Shown here piece after piece: positions 59,201 through 64,000 of a stretch of DNA of 64,000 bases. Source of the stretch: Caldisericia bacterium. GTDB taxonomy: Bacteria > Caldisericota > Caldisericia > JAAYUI01. The position numbers and the translations under genes are program-made. The notes under the pieces were generated by a model, which searched no databases, was not told the origin of the DNA, and was given only the letters and a program-made list of their open reading frames with translations. Positions within the stretch are counted from its first letter, which is position 1; every line of letters begins with the position of its first letter. The DNA is taken from positions 6,378 through 70,377 of the forward strand of contig JAGNLA010000009.1 of assembly GCA_017999835.1 (NCBI GenBank). The letters run 5' to 3'.

Positions 59201-60109
59201 AATTTTAGGACAAGCCGAGGATACAGGCTTGGCGGTTACCTGTTTGAAACCTACGGCCACCACGGTCCGTTGTTCTTCAGGCAACAGGTAATCTCCACAC
59301 CTGCGACAGTCAAGATTGGAACAAACAATTATTCCATTGCCCAGGGCAGAGGTGCGACTCTTGCCGAGGGTCAGTCGATGACTTTTACAAACGATTCGTT
59401 GTTCACCTATAAAATCGTGAAGATCAAAGTATCAATTCCAGTCAAAGAGTACAAACTCTCCATCTCGGCCAAGTCGGACAAAAAAGAAGTCAAGAGCGGC
59501 GAAAGCTTCACGGTTTCAGGCAACATCGACCACTCAACACCACTTTCAAAATTTGAATATTCGTGGGATGGCAAGATTTGGAACAACGTTGAAATCCCAC
59601 AAGGTAAGTGGTTTGGCAACTTCGACATCAAGGTTGAGACAGGCGCAAACGGCCCAATGAGTCCAGGAGACAAAAAACTGACATTGCGCTGCCAGTCAAA
59701 CCTCCCAGACGAAACAAAAACAAGCGAAACCACTGTTCCAGTAAAGATTCTTTCAACCAACCTCTTCCTCAACCAGCCGCTAACACAGGACGGACCTGAT
59801 CCAGTAACTGACTCTAAGTGGAGACTTGTAGACTTCACCATCCCCGAAGGAGAAAAATATCTTCTTATACAGACAACAACAGAGTTTGCAGGACTCGACC
59901 TTGATATGTTCCTTTATCTGGATGCAAACGGGAACGGCAAGGTTGACAAGGATGAGGAGATTGCAAACTCAGCTGGTGGTTCGGCTTTCGAAAGAATTCT
60001 CCTGAACAATCCAAAAACTGGGCCCTATATCCTTCTAATCCACGGCTACAGCGTGCCAGATCCGGACACAAGGTTTGACCTGAAGATGTCAGTTGCGCCC
60101 AACTGGTAG
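56273..60109 (+). CDS. Large secreted protein: FG-GAP-like repeats, transglutaminase-like domain, carboxypeptidase-regulatory-like domain, C-terminal PPC-like domain
   Basis: Signal peptide; DIDSDGNADLVV, DVNGDKNADL, DFNSDGKTDLLIG, DVDLDGKDDLLV; GSCGENS / DHQWNE / WRHVEP; GLDLDMFLY...ANSAGGSAFERI.L.NP..G.Y. Confidence 0.78.
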   Translation: MKQVKVVIAILVAVAGISSISAEDGKKYDLSATLTIEPGQTATVSVVDGLLKIGGQTRPEVPAIVNSSPEWLRYDLELAFSKLAKSPERVGKGAYLAFAKIDGKEAIVLSSSGKKPFIVGLPGYDDMSSMLPANIDPTARIAVTDIDSDGNADLVVCPKTKGYYYLLGPDFSVSTKSGNISINPEDAKKPLYPIGFADDTVQLVTEPKEFGFWDMAGSYKSCKQENFVMPLPRAYGVMTSMGLFYIDGSGDLRLFDARLTGVKNEVPTGFSGKTEDGLPGFDGEAHLAFDKGKIYAGLLDGSVKTMEYTKSGWKVEPLKTKLTFGTKLSIQIADGNLYFADSKSKNIQLAKGSDWSKAEKLNATSDTPFAAADVNGDKNADLAVIQGNKLAILAGPEFKTSIKNIEQWVERKKNDKETEKVSLIDNGCSPAFADFNSDGKTDLLIGLRDGRILSFAGPNFDKTDTFDWLDAGDFAAPQFGDVDLDGKDDLLVSNVDGRLFCYRKVGDIWQEWKSWSFIPTPSQAVVSDYFNSYMHDAPLVQWKNDPDTVKAYSSQLENCDPKMFDEIAFVIAETSPEILRTMSRMGQADIVTRNAKTIYEYAPTLPYLKLVEKPDFTTISYKVAGKEVELPRDDYYWYVVHPRILFELPIGVDCSWWDKSAQDRDMGIEDWWKHEENIYLAKDKAVFWREAYKTDKTYGESVLEAAQKSQTYEDAMKNVFWLKGLGKERLFTFGYLTNDLFPWQIFKKHYGSCGENSIVFASMARAALLPCYVAIDQGEDHQWNEVWMPDGWRHVEPSSETLTWDVPWIPPNEGWDHNSKTISAIVGWRGDDYMFATTATVHNGKPGFTKSGKGYTDTADVSFKILDSEDKPVEGGLVIVRSGWNNSNNVAIWGYTNTNGTTKFDLGYEPYYVIDVVTPYGITGLSRFVVKELEKYEVTLKIPGKAPKNGNPLYNEPTQTGTNVLFESVTDEQRPMNFRTSRGYRLGGYLFETYGHHGPLFFRQQVISTPATVKIGTNNYSIAQGRGATLAEGQSMTFTNDSLFTYKIVKIKVSIPVKEYKLSISAKSDKKEVKSGESFTVSGNIDHSTPLSKFEYSWDGKIWNNVEIPQGKWFGNFDIKVETGANGPMSPGDKKLTLRCQSNLPDETKTSETTVPVKILSTNLFLNQPLTQDGPDPVTDSKWRLVDFTIPEGEKYLLIQTTTEFAGLDLDMFLYLDANGNGKVDKDEEIANSAGGSAFERILLNNPKTGPYILLIHGYSVPDPDTRFDLKMSVAPNW

Positions 60110-60126
60110 GAATTAGCAGTAATGAA

Positions 60127-60161
60127 TTTAAAAAAGCCAGGTGATACCTGGCTTTTTTAAA
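60127..60161 (+). terminator. Intrinsic terminator
   Basis: TTTAAAAAAGCCAGGT-gat-ACCTGGCTTTTTTAAA: 16-bp stem. Confidence 0.85.
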
Positions 60162-60186
60162 TATTCCAGTTCAACATAAACGATAA

Positions 60187-60214
60187 TTGACTGGACTGGT
60201 TTTGGATTTAATAT
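60187..60214 (+). promoter_or_regulatory. Putative sigma70 promoter of tRNA-Arg(CCG) (TTGACT-N16-TAATAT)
   Basis: TTGACT at 60187-60192 and TAATAT at 60209-60214, 13 nt before the tRNA. Confidence 0.55.
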
Positions 60215-60227
60215 GATTAAACCATAT

Positions 60228-60301
60228 GCGCTCGTAGCTCAATTGGATAGAGTGGTGGCCTCCGGAGCCGCAGGTTAGGGGTTCGAATCCCCTCGAGCGC
60301 G
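60228..60301 (+). tRNA. tRNA-Arg(CCG)
   Basis: GCGCTCGTAGCTCAATTGGATAGAGT-GGTGGC-CTCCGGA-GCCGC...GGTTCGAATCC.CTCGAGCGCG. No CCA encoded. Confidence 0.93.
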
Positions 60302-60751
60302 ATGAGCCCAGGATTTTATGTTCACAATTTGATCCCGAATTTGGGCTGCATCCTCATAACGCTCTTCCATTATGGCTTTGTTGAGATCGTCAATGAGCGA
60401 TTCCAATGTCATGTCGCCAGCATCAAAATCATCGACCAGTTTCCCAAGAGAGAGTTTGAATGTTGAATAGCAGACCTGGCATCCCTTGTACCCTGTCTGG
60501 ACAAACTGACTGAACCTTTTGCCACACTTCGGGCATATTGATTCCGTGGAAGTCTTTTTTTCTAACATGTCTGAAACTTTCTCAAGCCAGTCAGGAACGT
60601 CCTTGCCACCAAAAGCGGCAGTGTTCCTTCTTGATTCAAGCATTTTCTTGGCGCAGTCATCACAGACGTATAGTTCAAGAACCTTGTAGGCTCCGAGCAC
60701 TTGTATGTAGTGACCGTTTGCTTCCTTCTGTTTACAAATCTGACACAGCAT
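60275..60751 (-). CDS. mcsA: McsA-like protein (CxxC motifs + UVR domain)
   Basis: CQIC, CDDC, CPKC, GCQVCYSTF, and UVR motif LNKAIMEERYEDAAQIRDQI. Confidence 0.82.
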   Translation of the reverse strand: MLCQICKQKEANGHYIQVLGAYKVLELYVCDDCAKKMLESRRNTAAFGGKDVPDWLEKVSDMLEKKTSTESICPKCGKRFSQFVQTGYKGCQVCYSTFKLSLGKLVDDFDAGDMTLESLIDDLNKAIMEERYEDAAQIRDQIVNIKSWAHRARGDSNP

Positions 60752-60792
60752 CTTATAATTCCTTACTCAAGATTATACATAAAGGAGATAAT

Positions 60793-61137
60793 TTGTCTAT
60801 TAGATTGGGTTTTGACCTAGAAAGTTCACATCGCATAAAATCAATCTGCGTTTCGAGTCCAAAAATTTTGGTAAGGCTCTTTACTCAAAATGAGGTTTCC
60901 TATTCGAAACAATTTTCGGACTGGCACGTTCACCTAGCTGCCGCTTTCTGCGCCAAAGAGGCCTTTTTTAAGGCTCTAGGTACAGGTCTTGAGGGTCATC
61001 GCTGGGTCGATGTCGAACTGTGTCATTTCCCCTCAGGAGAGCCATTTTTGACGTACAAAGGAAAACCGATTTCCGGTCAAATTTCTATTTCCCATACCAA
61101 GGAGACCGCAGGAGCAGTTGTGCTGCTTTTTGAATAA
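60793..61137 (+). CDS. acpS: Holo-[acyl-carrier-protein] synthase
   Basis: TTG start after AAGGAG; GFDL, FTQNE, FCAKEAFFKALGTG, SGEP, ISISHT. Confidence 0.9.
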   Translation: MSIRLGFDLESSHRIKSICVSSPKILVRLFTQNEVSYSKQFSDWHVHLAAAFCAKEAFFKALGTGLEGHRWVDVELCHFPSGEPFLTYKGKPISGQISISHTKETAGAVVLLFE

Positions 61138-61151
61138 GTCAATTTTATATA

Positions 61152-61179
61152 AAAAGGCCACCGTTACCGGTGGCCTTTT
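61152..61179. terminator. Bidirectional intrinsic terminator
   Basis: AAAAGGCCACCG-ttac-CGGTGGCCTTTT between convergent genes. Confidence 0.82.
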
Positions 61180-61196
61180 CGATTGTCAGTTACGTT

Positions 61197-64000
61197 TCAA
61201 GGTTTTTTTGGTGTTGGTGGGTAGTTGATGGTAATCATCTTCTGGTTTGCATCCCAGTTTACTTCTCCACCCATTTTCTCTACAACAAACCTGAATGGAA
61301 GCATTGTAGAACCTTTTATGATCAACGGTTTAAGTGTTCCTTTCGCGTTTATCAACACTTCCTTGCCATCAATCTTTGCTTTGGGGTTATTTATTTCAAA
61401 CGCTATGGTTCTCGTTTTTCCACCCGGAATGGACTGGATTACTGTTGCAGTTCTGGTTTTATCATCCCATTCAATCTTTGCAAATAACATCTCAACAACG
61501 CCCCTAAGAGGAATATAAGTGTTATTTCTGGCTTCTACTGGCAAAGGAGGAACTGTGTTAACCGGAGCTGTTTTAAGTATCGAACGCTTCCCGTTAACCA
61601 TAAGTGTTGTTTGGTTAATCCAAAGATACATATCAATCGGCCCCCAAATTGTAAATGGAGAGGTTTTTGTGTTTCCTGCTGGATCAGTTGCTTTTACTTC
61701 AATCTTATTCTCACCTTTATTGGCAACTTTCACAAAGGATGAGAATATTGCCTTGTCCTCGCCAACCTGCTCGATCACGTTTGCGATAGTGTTGTTTACA
61801 AACAACGAAGCGTCCACATCTGATTCAAACCTGACCTCGACCTCGTCATCAACCTGATAGATATCGCCATAGACAGGGCTGAGCATCTTTACTTCAGGTG
61901 GGGTAATATCGTAGGTTACAGTGTAAACCTGTTTTGATGACAGCCAGCCAGCCTGATCCTCTGCCCAAACTTCGAACTTGTAGACGCCTTCTTTTGGAAG
62001 GGTGATTTCTTTTTTAAACACACCTGCGTCAGAGTTGAGGATTGCGCCTGAGTCCTTCATCTCCACAACTTTTGCCTGGACAACGTCAACTTTTTCACCA
62101 TTGATAAACACATCTGGGACAACATATGGTGAATTGTTCTTGTCTTCGTACTTTAGAAGCTCTGTCGGATCAGCAAGACCGACGATGCTGAATTTGTTTG
62201 TTTTCAACGACACGTTTTTCTGGGCTGGTTCGGAAATCGAGATTGTTGGTGAGTTTGTGTCGATCTTGAACTCATACGATCTCACTTCTTCATTGCCATA
62301 GGCATCGATTGCCTGCCAATGAAGGATATCAAGTCTCTGTTGGTCGGCGATGCCAAGCGGTTTGCCAATTGTCCAGTCGATGGCTTTTTCGGTTGCATCG
62401 TTCCACCAGATCTTGATTTTTGCAGTTGGTGAGTCTACCTCAAAATCAATTGACGGCGGGGTTTTAAACCAACCGTTTTTACCATCAGGACTGGTCTTTA
62501 TCCATTTTGGTTTTCCATTTTCGTCGAGCTCCGATGAGGGCTTTAGAATGAGCAGTGTTGACACAGGAAGTGATGGAGCGATGAAGAATGGGTCAGATAC
62601 GCCACCATCAGGATCTTTTGAAGTTGAAATCTTTATTATGTAATTATCGTTGGCTACTGGAGGGTTTTTTATTCCACAGGATTTCGAAATGTTGATCTTG
62701 AAATCCTCTCCTGATTCAATTTTCTTGGGAATAGTCACTTCTAGTGAATTTCCAGAGCCTTTTGCGGTTGTAGAATTTCCGCTGACAATTATGCAATCTG
62801 CCATAGTTTCCGGGATGACTGTGCCTTCGGGGAATTCGAGGAATATCTTGTCACCAATTTCCAAAGCGCCATTGTAGGCCAGCGAACCACCAAGTTCCCA
62901 GGATGAATTTTCTTTGGCGTTGAGCGGTATAACTTTTATCTGGTCAATCGTAAGTTTCTTGATAAGAATCTGGAATGGGTCAGTGGTAAAAACCCCATCA
63001 ACACCCTGACCAGAGAACTTTATCTGGTATGTGCCGGGGTTTTCAGGATTCTTTATCTTGGCTTCCTTTGTAAATTCAATCATTATTGAGCCAGGCTTAA
63101 TTTCAGTTGGAGCGTAAATTCTTACCCTTTTTTCATCTCCAATAATGCCGGGTCTGAGTGAGCAAGGGGTGTCATTGATCAAAACTGCATCGGCTTTAAT
63201 GTACTGTGGGATGGCAACTTCCTTTGGGAAAAGAATTTCAATCATGTCATTGGCGCTGAGGGTTTTGGGGAAATCTACACTGAACTTATACGATGCATAC
63301 TGATTCGCATACGGCGGAACGACCTGAGGTTTCTGGCCTGCACGAACAATCTGGAACGGCAATGATTCTACCGGCTCAGGTTCAAAATCTGTTTTGATTA
63401 TTATTGAATAATTTCCTTTATTGGGTGTATTTTTTATCCCAGCTTTATATGAGATATCAACCACAATCTCGCCAAGGTTATCGATGTCAATTGGGCAAAG
63501 CATCGAGAGTGTGCCTGAAGGTTGATGGACCTGGGGGTCAACCGAGAGTGGCTTGCCATTCATTTTGACCAGAGAGGCATCTATGGATTCCGGAAATACA
63601 GTACCTTTTGGGAAAACCATTGTTATTCTCGACGTTGTCCTGTCAAGCGAACCACCTTCACCGACATGGAATTTAATATTATAACCAGACACTTCATTGA
63701 TGGCTGGATTAGTAAGTGACACGGTAGCTTGCTCAACCTGTGACTTAACAACTGTAATTTCATTGCTCCAAACGGTATCTTGCTCAGAATGAGTTCTAAC
63801 ACCAATCCTATACTTTCCGGGATTCATAGAGTTTCTGAATCCAGCTCTTGAGGCAACGGTGATTGGTATTGGATCATACGGTCCATTTGGTTCCAATTCA
63901 ATATGCGACCAGAATGTTATAGAGTTTTCCGAATCAAGACCAAACTGTTGCAGGTATTTCGGATTTGTTCTCTTGTTTGTTTTGATCTGCGGAAGACCTT
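61197..64000 (-). CDS. Distant seventh member of the Ig-like-repeat/stalk surface protein family (5' end outside the window)
   Basis: Frame stays open to the window edge (GLPQIKTNKRTNPKY...HIELEP...NPGKYRIGVRT). Carries GEGGSLD, FPEGT..P repeats, Ig-like domains and stalk motifs TYIPLRGVVE and TMLPFRFVVEKMGG.V.WD. Confidence 0.85.
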   Translation of the reverse strand, partial: GLPQIKTNKRTNPKYLQQFGLDSENSITFWSHIELEPNGPYDPIPITVASRAGFRNSMNPGKYRIGVRTHSEQDTVWSNEITVVKSQVEQATVSLTNPAINEVSGYNIKFHVGEGGSLDRTTSRITMVFPKGTVFPESIDASLVKMNGKPLSVDPQVHQPSGTLSMLCPIDIDNLGEIVVDISYKAGIKNTPNKGNYSIIIKTDFEPEPVESLPFQIVRAGQKPQVVPPYANQYASYKFSVDFPKTLSANDMIEILFPKEVAIPQYIKADAVLINDTPCSLRPGIIGDEKRVRIYAPTEIKPGSIMIEFTKEAKIKNPENPGTYQIKFSGQGVDGVFTTDPFQILIKKLTIDQIKVIPLNAKENSSWELGGSLAYNGALEIGDKIFLEFPEGTVIPETMADCIIVSGNSTTAKGSGNSLEVTIPKKIESGEDFKINISKSCGIKNPPVANDNYIIKISTSKDPDGGVSDPFFIAPSLPVSTLLILKPSSELDENGKPKWIKTSPDGKNGWFKTPPSIDFEVDSPTAKIKIWWNDATEKAIDWTIGKPLGIADQQRLDILHWQAIDAYGNEEVRSYEFKIDTNSPTISISEPAQKNVSLKTNKFSIVGLADPTELLKYEDKNNSPYVVPDVFINGEKVDVVQAKVVEMKDSGAILNSDAGVFKKEITLPKEGVYKFEVWAEDQAGWLSSKQVYTVTYDITPPEVKMLSPVYGDIYQVDDEVEVRFESDVDASLFVNNTIANVIEQVGEDKAIFSSFVKVANKGENKIEVKATDPAGNTKTSPFTIWGPIDMYLWINQTTLMVNGKRSILKTAPVNTVPPLPVEARNNTYIPLRGVVEMLFAKIEWDDKTRTATVIQSIPGGKTRTIAFEINNPKAKIDGKEVLINAKGTLKPLIIKGSTMLPFRFVVEKMGGEVNWDANQKMITINYPPTPKKP

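Noticed and set aside
60538-60792. N-terminal extension of acpS in the ORF track
   Set aside because: It overlaps mcsA on the opposite strand; AcpS homology starts at TTG 60793 after AAGGAG.
1-64000. CRISPR arrays, rRNA genes, IS elements, prophage genes
   Set aside because: No regularly spaced short repeats, rRNA signatures, transposase or phage hallmark proteins were seen.

Overview
Bacterial chromosomal window (moderate GC, sigma70-type promoters, intrinsic terminators). The abundance of large secreted proteins with a C-terminal copper-amine-oxidase-like 'stalk' domain resembles Caldisericota-type anaerobes; this taxonomy is inference only. Housekeeping blocks: plsY-like (partial), tlyA, mfd, a phosphatase-MazG fusion, the minus-strand tig-clpP-clpX-lon-rimO-thpR-recA-recX-rny-ymdB run, eight tRNAs (Gly, Leu, Lys, Pro and four Arg isoacceptors), rplU, a probable arginine synthetase (cDPG-synthetase/COG2403-like) next to ornithine carbamoyltransferase, hypAB, hutU, tyrS, mcsA and acpS. 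The main accessory feature is an 18.5-kb array (22.7-41.2 kb) of six paralogous secreted proteins of 660-1109 aa. They are built from repeated Ig-like modules, and the N-terminal module carries a ~100-aa Cys-rich variable insert. The array also shows patches of near-identical DNA between copies, two members without the stalk domain, an inverted lipoprotein gene and a neighbouring thioredoxin-like lipoprotein. A seventh, more distant member that lacks the insert runs off the right end of the window. rimO carries an apparent one-base frameshift in an A7 run directly after its ATG. No rRNA, CRISPR array, transposase, integrase or reverse transcriptase was seen.
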